From: Balanoglossus misakiensis
Lineage: Eukaryota > Animalia > Hemichordata
Length of the DNA: 64,000 bases
Assembly (NCBI GenBank): GCA_040954595.2
Contig: CM082576.2
Location: forward strand, 14,883,129-14,947,128
Reading direction: 5' to 3'
Position 1 is the first letter of the stretch; each line of letters begins with the position of its first letter. The translations under genes and the position numbers were made by a program. Positions 55,901 through 64,000 of the stretch are shown one piece after another. Under the pieces are notes generated by a model. The model saw only the letters and a list, made by a program, of their open reading frames with translations, was not told the DNA's origin and ran no database searches.

Positions 55901-58900
55901 TATCTTTAAACCTTTTCGTTTATCTTCCTTCAGTAGAGTTAACAGTACATAGCAGGCTCAAGTCAAAAAGATATCCTTTGTATTTTGAAGGTTGACGCCA
56001 TTCAAATATTAAACATTGATAGCAAGTTGAATGCACAATACTGCTGCCTAGAGACAGCAACATTGAAACTTTTGTTTTTTTTTGCCATTCGAACAGCTGG
56101 GCAATACTTATCTGCACAGGTCATCATGAGTCGAGGAATAATTCATGGCTGGGTGGTAAAATGAAGAAGTGGAATTTGTATTGAAACATTTCAGGAATTT
56201 GCTAGCTATTGAAAAACTCTTCATTTATTTTAAGTCCAATGTTTATATTGACAGTCAGATGTCAACTAGAAATACAATGTTATAGGCCATTAAGGCATTT
56301 TCTTTGCTTTCATGATTTTTAACCCTCTCGTCATAATGGTTTGGTCCAAATTCATATGGTAAAATTGGACCTCTATACAGGGAAATGGGGATGAAAGGTT
56401 TAAGAAAGAAAATGCAGTGTGACCAGGATCACCATCAGTAAAATTAAGTTATAATATAAATATGCAAAAAAACATAAACTCCAGGTAGTGCAAGATAGTA
56501 TTGGTGTTTTTAGAGTGTGGTTTAGTTGTTATATTTCTGACGTTACCTCAAGCAACTCATTTTTGACAAATCTTAATTTGCACGGTAGCATTCACCTCAC
56601 TCATTATCTAAGCAGAGTTTTCATGTAAAATACAACAGAAATGTTTTCACATTAAAAAACAAATGTATTAGCCATCTGGTTGAAGCAATCAGCAAATGTC
56701 TCTTGAAAGAAAACATGTATTTTTAGTGAAATAGACACAACAATTGGGAAATGTCAACAAAAAAACTTACAGTTCTTGAAAAATCTTATCAATTTCAGTT
56801 CGATGCGTTATGCGACTGTAAAATATGACAAAGTCATCAAATGTAAACCTGGAGACAGGAATGACATCATTCTGAAAAGTAAAGAAATAAAAATAAATTA
56901 TAAAACTTGAAATGTGTGCAGAGGTACATCTTTTACATACAAGATACAATACGACCATGTATATTCAGATAAATGTCTTTTAACAAAACTCAAAATTGTA
57001 AATTTTAATTCATTATTATTTCAGTTTTTTAGTAAAACGATAAGAAGAAATGTACAGCTCATTCTAGAAACAAAGAGATCACTTTTTTGGAACAGTAGGA
57101 TGTGTTTGTCTCTCCAGATGTAGAAAAATAGTAAACACCAACATCTCACTCTCTTCTGATTGATCGGCGAAAATTCATGGCAGGACTTGGCTCTGCTGCT
57201 TTAGGTTCTCATCCGTCAGATTAAGATAAACGCATGTCATTACCAGTACCCTTTCGTTTCATTGGGTCTTATTCCATTGAATTTCTCAATAAACCACGCC
57301 GCTAAAGCTTATACAGAATAGCTGATTGTTGGAAGCACTGAGCTGAGATCTATCAAGAAGCCTTCAGGCACCTGAGCAGCTTATCAAAAGCATTATGTGC
57401 ATTCAGTCCTTCTTTGAGTCGAGTGTGAAAATCATCCACTGATGAGAGTTTCATGAAACCTGCATATGGCATGTGTTGAATCAAATCTACAGACCACACC
57501 CAAAAATGAAGATCATATCTTTAATATGCATGGATTCTACATCCACGTGTATTTTTGCGTCAGATATGAAATAATCAAAAAAAGCATTTAGAAAGATCGT
57601 TTTAAGAAATATTTTGCTCTGATATCTCAATCCTTTAGCCGTTTCATGTGCAACATGAAAACACTAAAAATGAAAATAAATCTGTTTTTTTTGCATGTGT
57701 AATAAACAGCAGGTCCCTTGAGATAGTCAAATTTATATGAATTAGCAGATTTGTATATTTTTGTCATTTTGGGTATTAAAGACAGCTTTAATATTTGGTA
57801 CAGAGGTCCTGACAACCCAAGTTTCCTTGCGCTGATGAGTTCTGTCAAAATTGACAAGATTGGTAAACCACATGCATGACAGGCAGCCCTAATCATTTTC
57901 ATTCTACGGAATCTGAATTAATACAAATGGAACCCCACCCCCTCGATCCCCAGATTAATAACTTGTGTTCATTTTGTCTTGTCACTCTTTCTGCATGATT
58001 ACTCAACTGCATCCAAGAGTACGGTTGAGAAGAAAAAATTCCAATTTCAATGTGGCCTGAAGTCATGTAGGAGTTCAAGCATAAAATAATTGCTGGCTGC
58101 TACAATATTCAATCAGACAGCTAGATTACAAACAGTGTCACCGTTATTATATTATATATATATAATGTAGTCTGGCTATTTAGTGGCCATTATAATGGTC
58201 TATTTTTTGGCAGTCACTTGTTTGATAGTCACATATAGAAAATATTTTTGTCAGATATTCCTAAGATTGCATTCATGTCTTGCCTGCTATTGATACAAGT
58301 ATAAATGAGAGAAAACATGAACTGATGAAGCAGTCGGCTTCAGACAGATCATGAATGTGCTATTGGGTTTTCCCTAACCAACCCCCACAAAGAAATGTCA
58401 ATAGCCAACATGGGGTCATTTATTCTCATTATAATACAAAAACAATTATATGTGGCCCTAGAAATATATTATGATAGTGCAATTTCTCTAAATTGTCATT
58501 GAAACTCAAGGGTGAGGAAACAACATTTACTGATCACCAGGTATTTGTAGTCATTGCCACTGATCCAATTAAAGTATCCTGATGAGCAGGTGTGGTGTAA
58601 TAATATGCAAATCATGCAGTTTTTCCGTCTACCATCATATATGTATATGTATAGGTGTGTCAACTGACCATGGACAGGCCTCTCCATCTTCTTCCCCATT
58701 GCTCTTGACTCTTGAGATGTTTTGCATAATTTTTTTTAATTTAAAATGAGCAAATGTCTGTTCTATAAGCATCACCAATGCACAGAAAACTACATGTACT
58801 GTACATGTGCTCACAATATGACAACTCTCGACAATGGTTTCCCTTTTTACTGAATCTTTTCCCAAATCCAGTTTTGAAATGAGACAAAATTTGTGTGCAC

Positions 58901-61213
58901 TGTACTGTTTCCCAAGCTACATTGAAACACAGTCACGCAGGAACTGTGATAGATAAAAATCTCACCTTCCCCGCCGGCAATCCAGCTGCTTGCAGGCCGT
59001 GGTCCACTTTTTTGCGATCATCCTTGCTGCTGGCAAACATCTTCAATATGCTGTTTACAGATAAACATAAATTAAATATGCAAATTCAGATACGCATAAA
59101 TTAAATATACAAAATCAATTATACAGTGAAGTATTTTTTCATATTTATTATGAGAATATTTTGTTCAGGTCTTCAGATTTGCTGACATATGATCCAGATG
59201 TTGATCCGACAAACATGATCCGACTGAACTGCCTGACATTAAGGCGTTGGTTGCTATCGCTGGCAGCGTTCCAAACATCCACCATTGCACATGCAAAATC
59301 TTACCTTTCAATTGTTTTCTATGGATTTTCAATTCCTGGTATTTTGAAAATGTTCAAAATCTCTCAACTTTCTCAATTTTCAACCGATTTATCTGATTTT
59401 TGGTAGAATTATTCAAGTCATTGAGGGGAATAAAATAAGCATTTGTTTCTAAAAATTCTACGCTGTTTAAGGGATATCGCTGTAAAACCCTTCAAAATTT
59501 CATAAAATGACAGTGGATATTTGCCTGTTTGATTCAGAAGTGCTATGGGGACATTACAACCCTAGCAACTCTTCCTTAGCAATATGAATCCTTTAGTATA
59601 CCCTTAAGCAGTCATGTTGATTAATTTGCATAATAAGTTCTATTTTTCACAAAACTACTTAGTAGATTATTTACGTGGGACTTCAAACTTGCATTCAATT
59701 AACTTCTATTTGTCATCAATGATAATAAGTGCAACTTGTATGGAACTTTGATTTAATATTGGTTACAATACTTACTGTTTCACAGGAACCTTGCCATCAA
59801 TTGGTGAAGTTATGATGAGCTTCGAATGCCTAGAAGGAAAAGCACAGATTACATCTGGATGAAATGACCTGTGAAAGTCTCATCTCTTGTCAATTATGGA
59901 CACAAATGCAAGACATAAATGATAACTCTAATATACTGCTTAATTTTTCATCAATATTTAATGATGTGTATTTTTAAGAACATATTTGGAGTCTTGAAAT
60001 ACACAATTTAGTAGTGGAAGAGAATGCTAAGGCTGTATATGCACATGAAGCATTATGTAATTAGTCTATTCCCCCATAGGATTATTATGAATAATTCCCT
60101 CGTATTTCGAATGAGTGTGTCTGCGTGCGTCGCGGACGAGTGAATTTCCCCGTATAGCGGCCGTATCCCTCCGAGCCGCAGGCGAGGAGGGATACAGCTA
60201 TACGGGGAATCACAAGTTCATTTGTGTATACATGTATATTCACTCCGACTGCTACCTTTTAAAACAAATAATTGAAACATTGATACTTTTACTCCTTCTG
60301 CAGGGTCTAAACAAATTGTAATGCTTCACATTGGTGTTTGCATGGGCTGTAAGTTTATTATTTCGAACAGCCTCAGAAAAATTGGACTGGTGTAAGAATA
60401 GAAAGGTCCACAACTGAGTGGAGGCGTAAGATTGCCTTCTATGAATTGTACTCACATCTTTTCCCAATACTGCAGCGGTGAAGCATTCAATGCCAGCATA
60501 TTGTATGCCATTTCAAAGATTTCTTCCATCCAATCCTGTGTCAACGAGATTAGCATTGGGCCATACAGATAGCAGACAAGTTTATTTAAAGAACCTTATT
60601 TCTCTTAATTTATGAAATGGAAACCACAGCTTATGCTCGTAAATGATGTACCATATTTCTCTATTCAGAATGCTAAAAATCTCATGCGCTCTCAACAAGG
60701 GAAATTAAACATTAGTATTGGTATGGGGTTTTATTTGTGTAGAACTGATACCGGTATGTCCTCAACAATTGCATGAATAAAAGTGATACGAGCTAGTGAT
60801 TTCAAGAGAAATCTACTGCTTCCACAGCTTTCTGAACTATTCCAGTGCAAGAAACATTGAAATATCTCCAGGTCTTTGCCAGAATTTCAAAACGTCATGT
60901 CTTTGATAAAATGACATTTGCCTTTGGTATATGTGGAAAGCCCTAACTGTTCATGGTGCAACTATTAAATGGCCAAAACTCTGACTCACTGATGATCGGG
61001 GTATATAATAAAATGCCCTAGCAATGTATGTATATTATTATGCAATTGTTCAATATCCACAGTTTAACACACCTTAGCAATGCTTTCCTTATTGGCACAG
61101 AAATTGATGAACTGCGTATTGATAAAATCTGTTCCGTAGACAACAGTGACAGTCTTGTCTTCCAGCGAGACATCTGGACTTCCCATGGTACATGTGTCCT
61201 TCAACTTGCCTTC
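22114..61213 (-). CDS. PLCB1: Phospholipase C-beta, PLCB1/2/3 (Plc21C-like) type; spliced, 31 coding exons in window, 5'-truncated by the window edge
   Basis: Exons joined by hand at GT-AG sites give one open frame of 4056 nt ending IEVLPM*. Catalytic motifs [41 protein letters not shown] and ALNFQ are present, plus a C2 domain, ALANPI and a long coiled-coil CTD, which are beta-class features. The symbol marks the PLCB1/2/3 clade, not 1:1 orthology. Confidence 0.95.
22605..22811 (+). mobile_element. About 207-bp TA-flanked MITE (CTGTAAAACACTTTATTTTCGCGAG TIR), copy 1
   Basis: Perfect 25-bp TIR, TA on both sides; copies at 40091 and 42109. Confidence 0.9.
22880..22966 (-). CDS. PLC-beta exon, CTD ([13 protein letters not shown]...EEEIQ)
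   Basis: ttttcag/gtaaag, 87 nt, phase 0-0. Confidence 0.9.
23770..23827 (-). CDS. PLC-beta exon, CTD ([19 protein letters not shown])
   Basis: tttatcag/gtgagt, 58 nt, phase 2-0. Confidence 0.9.
24188..24283 (-). CDS. PLC-beta exon, CTD (EESELQKRL...IKNKQELQR)
   Basis: cag/gtacgt, 96 nt, phase 2-2. Confidence 0.9.
26482..26573. mobile_element. About 85-90-bp piggyBac-like MITE; further copies at 34114-34170, 44077-44173, 51360-51394 and 56319-56403
   Basis: TTA(A)|CCCTTTCACC ... GAAGGG|TTAA ends; shared TTTGGACTGAACCA and GAGGTCCAA core across copies. Confidence 0.75.
28027..28202 (-). CDS. PLC-beta exon, CTD (VNELRDLN...[11 protein letters not shown])
   Basis: cag/gtgtgc, 176 nt, phase 0-2. 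Confidence 0.88.
30289..30358 (-). CDS. PLC-beta exon, CTD ([23 protein letters not shown])
   Basis: cag/gtaagt, 70 nt, phase 2-0. Confidence 0.85.
30620..30810 (-). CDS. PLC-beta exon, distal CTD coiled coil ([22 protein letters not shown]...)
   Basis: cag/gtaagt, 191 nt, phase 0-2; QKELxxLxKKHxK motif. Confidence 0.92.
31332..31375 (-). CDS. PLC-beta small exon ([15 protein letters not shown])
   Basis: tttcag/gtaatt, 44 nt, phase 1-0; required to restore the frame. Confidence 0.8.
31583..31888. mobile_element. MITE-like element with about 30-bp imperfect TIRs
   Basis: CCTCTAGAGGGAGACA (31598-31613) inverted at 31860-31875, extending to TTTATGT/ACATAAA. Confidence 0.6.
32108..32230 (-). 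CDS. PLC-beta exon, CTD linker ([15 protein letters not shown]...[11 protein letters not shown])
   Basis: cag/gtcagt, 123 nt, symmetric phase 1-1. Confidence 0.72.
33042..33300 (-). CDS. PLC-beta exon, disordered CTD linker ([14 protein letters not shown]...SSFSYSS)
   Basis: pyrimidine tract plus aag acceptor, gtaatt donor, 259 nt, phase 0-1, open frame. Confidence 0.75.
33557..33761. mobile_element. Tc1/pogo-type MITE
   Basis: CAGTAAAACCTGTCTAAACCAAAC ... GTTTGGTTTAGACAGGTTTTACCG|TA. Confidence 0.75.
33853..34058 (-). CDS. PLC-beta exon, end of C2 plus Gq-binding helix-turn-helix ([10 protein letters not shown]...[11 protein letters not shown]...EGNE)
   Basis: cag/gtaatg, 206 nt, phase 1-0; ALxxPI motif. 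Confidence 0.95.
34675..34774 (-). CDS. PLC-beta exon, C2 domain ([13 protein letters not shown]...[13 protein letters not shown])
   Basis: cag/gtgagt, 100 nt, phase 0-1. Confidence 0.96.
36188..36238. repeat. Perfect 22-bp-arm hairpin (collapsed MITE)
   Basis: AGGGAGCTTAGGAAATGATGAT and its reverse complement, 7-nt spacer; TACAGACCAT repeated at 36178 and 36244. Confidence 0.8.
36413..36577 (-). CDS. PLC-beta exon, C2 domain (VISGQFLSD...[13 protein letters not shown]...EEPFVFKK)
   Basis: cag/gtaaat, 165 nt, phase 0-0. Confidence 0.97.
36721..36858. repeat. Minisatellite, six units of 20 or 26 bp (CATCAYAGTTAYAATCTTAA, some with an added TCTTAA)
   Basis: Direct tandem repeats, unit order 20-26-26-26-20-20. 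Confidence 0.95.
37340..37494 (-). CDS. PLC-beta exon ([23 protein letters not shown]...[10 protein letters not shown])
   Basis: cag/gtaata, 155 nt, phase 1-0. Confidence 0.96.
40091..40297 (+). mobile_element. Same MITE family, copy 2
   Basis: Highly similar to 22605-22811, same orientation, TA flanks. Confidence 0.9.
40584..40635 (-). CDS. PLC-beta exon, Y box ([17 protein letters not shown])
   Basis: cag/gtgagt, 52 nt, phase 0-1. Confidence 0.96.
41828..41900 (-). CDS. PLC-beta exon, Y box ([24 protein letters not shown])
   Basis: cag/gtaagt, 73 nt, phase 2-0. Confidence 0.96.
41901..44320 (-). other. U12-type (minor spliceosome) GT-AG intron
   Basis: 5' site GTATCCTC (consensus RTATCCTT); branch site TTCCTTAAC at 41926-41918, followed by 17 nt to the exon; no pyrimidine tract. 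Confidence 0.9.
42109..42313 (-). mobile_element. Same MITE family, copy 3, inverted, inside the U12 intron
   Basis: Internal sequence is the reverse complement of copies 1 and 2; TA flanks. Confidence 0.9.
44321..44405 (-). CDS. PLC-beta exon, Y box ([13 protein letters not shown]...QPVEFV)
   Basis: cag acceptor, U12-type donor gtatcctc, 85 nt, phase 1-2. Confidence 0.95.
44658..44925. mobile_element. Kolobok-like non-autonomous element, left part
   Basis: TTAA|AGGGACAAAGTC... end; homologous to 63039-63335, 61955-62012 and 63981-64000. Confidence 0.7.
45303..45399 (-). CDS. PLC-beta exon, lid and start of Y box ([32 protein letters not shown])
   Basis: tag/gtaagt, 97 nt, phase 0-1. Confidence 0.95.
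46527..46870 (-). CDS. PLC-beta exon, X-Y linker with acidic stretch (…[13 protein letters not shown]…REKREK)
   Basis: tttttcag/gtgcgt, 344 nt, phase 1-0; GC-richer coding-like composition. Confidence 0.88.
47200..47863. mobile_element. About 660-bp CpG-rich element ending in a 184-bp imperfect hairpin (no TIR or TSD seen)
   Basis: Hairpin 47672-47855 with core CCTCGCCTGCGGCTCGG; GATTGGCTG and TCACGTGA near the other end; boundaries approximate. Confidence 0.7.
49052..49262 (-). mobile_element. Diverged relative of the same MITE family
   Basis: TA|CTGTAAAA...TTTTACAG|TA with repeated TTTTCGCG units. Confidence 0.75.
50316..50402 (-). CDS. Probable X-Y linker exon, possibly a cassette ([29 protein letters not shown])
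   Basis: tattgttttag acceptor, gtaatt donor, 87 nt, symmetric phase 1-1, no stop; no homology support. Confidence 0.6.
50686..50791 (-). CDS. PLC-beta exon, end of X box ([23 protein letters not shown]...VRKRT)
   Basis: tag acceptor; LPSP...KIIVKNKK motif; weak donor gtactc chosen because it gives the required phase 1. Confidence 0.85.
51412..51496 (-). CDS. PLC-beta exon, X box ([28 protein letters not shown])
   Basis: cag/gtaagt, 85 nt, phase 2-0. Confidence 0.96.
51965..52044 (-). CDS. PLC-beta exon, X box ([26 protein letters not shown])
   Basis: cag/gtgagt, 80 nt, phase 0-2. Confidence 0.96.
52604..52761 (-). CDS. PLC-beta exon, X box ([11 protein letters not shown]...[10 protein letters not shown]...[15 protein letters not shown])
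   Basis: cag/gtagaa, 158 nt, phase 1-0; second catalytic His. Confidence 0.97.
52894..52969. repeat. Interrupted (TCA)n microsatellite, about 25 units
   Basis: Seen directly, intronic. Confidence 0.95.
53625..53771 (-). CDS. PLC-beta exon, start of X box (…[20 protein letters not shown])
   Basis: cag/gtaata, 147 nt, phase 1-1; first catalytic His. Confidence 0.97.
54452..54618 (-). CDS. PLC-beta exon ([13 protein letters not shown]...[12 protein letters not shown]...SLGRK)
   Basis: cag/gtatca, 167 nt, phase 2-1; conserved QRDPRLNE motif; missed by the ORF track. Confidence 0.95.
54900..55131. mobile_element. Foldback MITE; related end at about 29384-29410
   Basis: AAATCAGATGTAGAGTT (54911-54927) inverted at 55106-55122; inner GGCTGTTC/GAACAGCC repeats. 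Confidence 0.65.
56771..56871 (-). CDS. PLC-beta exon ([14 protein letters not shown]...[11 protein letters not shown])
   Basis: cag/gtaagt, 101 nt, phase 0-2; EF-hand. Confidence 0.93.
58966..59050 (-). CDS. PLC-beta exon ([28 protein letters not shown])
   Basis: cag/gtgaga, 85 nt, phase 2-0. Confidence 0.92.
59776..59829 (-). CDS. PLC-beta exon ([17 protein letters not shown])
   Basis: tag/gtaagt, 54 nt, phase 2-2; EF-hand start G-K/R-I/V-P-V-K. Confidence 0.9.
60086..60220. mobile_element. Short hairpin element sharing the 17-nt core of the 47.7-kb element (opposite strand)
   Basis: CCGAGCCGCAGGCGAGG at 60171-60187 inside inverted arms 60136-60217. Confidence 0.65.
60456..60535 (-). CDS. 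PLC-beta exon ([26 protein letters not shown])
   Basis: cag/gtgagt, 80 nt, phase 0-2; end of PH domain. Confidence 0.92.
61073..61213 (-). CDS. PLC-beta exon, PH domain (EGKLKDTC...[24 protein letters not shown])
   Basis: cag/gtgtgt borders, 141 nt, phase 0-0; resembles the PLCB PH-domain TVVYG motif. Confidence 0.92.
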
Positions 61214-61954
61214 CTGGTGAAGCAATCAAACCAAACGGGTTGTCAAGGAAATCTAACCAAAATCTGGTTGCCGTGGCAGTTTGACCAGGCCATAATACAT
61301 GAAGCAATCTCCCGATGCCTCTTTCAAACGAAATGAATATTAGTCAGATAATTTTGAAGAAAAAAAACACCCTGAGACTTCAGATAAACTGAAATGGAAG
61401 CGCACACATTGTCTTAATTGTACCTCATGAAGCTCAGAATAAATTCTGTTGACAATAATCCCAATCCTCTCTTTAGCAAAATGTAAAACTTAAAAGGAAA
61501 CCCCCTGGTACTTATTTGTTGTGAGTTGCCTGACTGAAGGAATAAGCAACTTCTAGTTCTTTCCTTGTTATATTGAGTAACTTTGTCCCTATAAAACATG
61601 GAAATGTGTGACCGCGAAACAGGTTTTATTTCATGACATGTACGTATGAACCCACTGTTAAGAAGAAGTACATTTTCTTCGGGTTGTTTATGTAGCAGCC
61701 AAGATAGGTTCCGGCCTACGGGCAACAAAATCCATCAACATCAGCTGCGTCTATTCAAGCACTAGTCTTTTAAGAAGAAAATCCACTCTTTAAATTGCCA
61801 AAGTCAGATAGTTGAAATGCCTCTGGATGTCCCAATTATGACAATTAAATTTCACACGTTTCATCTGGTAGCTGCTTAATCCAATTCCAAGTGACACGTG
61901 CAGAGGCTAATTTGATTCACTATATATGCACATGTAGAATAACATATTAAACAA

Positions 61955-62012
61955 TGTCTTGTATCAAACATAATTAATGGAAAAAGGGCAGTGAGAGAGA
62001 GACTTTGTCCCT
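61955..62012. mobile_element. Solo right TIR of the same Kolobok-like family
   Basis: ...GGGCAGTGAGAGAGAGACTTTGTCCCT|TTAA. Confidence 0.65.
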
Positions 62013-63038
62013 TTAATATAACATATTCCAATTGATTTTATGACTGTAAATCACACAAAGTAAGAGCACCCATTACATTTATCCTATTAAATTTTATAGT
62101 GAAGAATAATCTGCCAATTAAAGATTAATATTCACTCATATAATATCTTTACAACCTCACACAATTTTTTTTTAAAGTCTACGGAGGATGTGTTCTTTCA
62201 ACTTACAAATGCTCAAGGACCACATACGTATTCTTGTCAAATGCAGACACCTCGCAGATGTCACCTTTTTTCCTGTACAACAATCCTCACAGATCTTTGC
62301 AAGGATATTCCTATTGGAACTTCAATATATAATGAAATCTTTGACCTTTAAAATTTGTGCTGTGGGCGCTCAGAAGTAATATCTACTTGTTGCCATGTCA
62401 ACCAGCTGGTTTCTTTTGCTTCATACTTAATATAGAGATGGCAAACATACAATGAGGAAGTGTATACCGTATTCAGTTTGAAGGCCAACTTTCAACAGTG
62501 GACATGAAGGATGTAATGTTTTAATTCTGTAGATATTGTTTTATGTGCATAAACCACAAAAAGTAAAAAGAAAATATTTTCTGAGTGTTACTATTACTTG
62601 TACTGCACATATCTAGTGCTACAGGTGTCTTTGAGTTTGTGTTGGAAACTGTTCAGTACAAGTCCGAATTTAACTGACATACATGTATGTGACACAAATA
62701 TTATAACAATTCTGATCAAATAGGAGCACAGTGTCCTTGACACTATTTGGGGGGGGGGGGTAATTACTAGGATGGGATTATACATGTATGACAGATTAAT
62801 AATAATATCTCTGTGACACAAGAGTATGGCTTCAGAACCACTGCATCTTGCAAATTAACTAACCGTTTTATCCGATTTCTGGAGATTACTTCTATCGGAT
62901 TTCTGGGGATAAAGGCCAAAGTACACTGACTATGCTTACTGCATGAATATTTTCAGTGGTATAGCAGTATTTGTTATACTATAAATGTTCAGAACACAGA
63001 AAGTTACAAATTTCTAATGTCAAAGTTTAATAGCATAA

Positions 63039-63335
63039 AGAGATGAAGTCTCTCTCTTGCTGCCCTTTTTCCATTAATTGTGTTTTACACAAGACACCGT
63101 TTATTTTTATGAACATGATGTGTATATGTAGTGAATGAGCATTCAACCACACCCAACTTCCATCCCGCTTTATATGATATGAGAGTAAACACTTGCCCAA
63201 AATGAATAAATGGTAAAGACCGATTATTCATTTTGGCGAGTTTTTTCACTGTCTACAAGTGGGATAGAAGGTGTGTGTGTGTTGTATCAAACATAATTAA
63301 TGGAAAAAAAGCAGCGAGATAGAGGCTTTGTCCCA
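63039..63335. mobile_element. Kolobok-like foldback element, near full length
   Basis: Long imperfect inverted arms; right end ...CTTTGTCCCA|TTAA, left TTAA decayed; same family as 44658. Confidence 0.7.
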
Positions 63336-63980
63336 TTAAGTGTTTTGGTACGCCATCCCACTGCCGGCGATCCGAAGTGACAGTAACAGCAAACTTTTCC
63401 GCCAACAACTCCACCAGCCCTAAACTGGAACAGGCCACTATTTTAAACTTGGCACTTATATTGGCACCATATGTAATTAATTTATAATTTTATGCAATCA
63501 ATCTCACTGTTATTTGATTGGTTGTTTCATCTCTCTGTTTAAGTGACAAGGAAAAAAACTCATTGAAAGAGCCTTCCATTGTTATATGTATAAAATATTA
63601 CTTTGTCCATGGCAAGAAATTCGTGATTAAAAATATGTTGTCACAATTAAACCTCACTGCAATGGCTACATTCAAGAAGGGGTGTCTCCAAGGTTCTATA
63701 GATACTCCCAAGAGGTTAATTAGCCAATAGAATTATTTTCGTCAACCATAAATGACGTGATTTCGCCAAAATCCCCCCAAAATCTGCATTTGTTGGGCTT
63801 CAAAAATACAATATGAATTGTGGGGGAAAGAACCTTGTATAAACCATAGTAGTAGTATACATACAAACAATGATGGCTTTGTAAATATGGAGTTGGCTCT
63901 GAGTGTTATCGGGTCAATAGTGAGAAAAACAGCCTTGGAGAAGCACACACCCAGCACATTAAATGGACCTTCTTAGTTAA

Positions 63981-64000
63981 AGAGACAAAGTCTCTCTCTC
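63981..64000. mobile_element. Left TIR start of another copy, cut by the window end
   Basis: TTAA|AGAGACAAAGTCTCTCTCTC. Confidence 0.55.

Noticed and set aside
62207-62272. 66-nt cag...gtaagt segment as a candidate upstream PLC exon
   Set aside because: The phase-0 frame needed to join 61213 contains TGA stops, and no frame resembles the expected PH-domain segment

Overview
AT-rich, intron- and repeat-rich animal genomic DNA; the species cannot be fixed from sequence alone, but it looks like an invertebrate bilaterian. Most of the window is a minus-strand phospholipase C-beta gene of the PLCB1/2/3 (Plc21C-like) type. I assembled 31 in-phase coding exons by hand (61213 down to the stop at 22114; 4056 nt, about 1351 aa; the 5' exons lie beyond the window). 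They cover the PH, EF-hand, X, X-Y linker, Y, C2, Gq-binding helix-turn-helix and coiled-coil C-terminal regions, and one intron is U12-type (41901-44320). About 12 kb downstream on the same strand is the first coding exon of a second, PLCB4/norpA-type gene (9846-9929) with a plausible promoter and untranslated exon, the same order and orientation as vertebrate PLCB1-PLCB4. Introns and intergenic DNA hold many non-autonomous DNA transposons. The most unusual signals are: (i) two hairpin elements with unrelated arms but an identical 17-nt core, whose mismatches only make sense as G.A/G.T pairs on one strand; and (ii) a large excess of TA-NN-NN-TA palindromes resembling transposon excision footprints. 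No prokaryotic features, RNA genes or CRISPR arrays were found.
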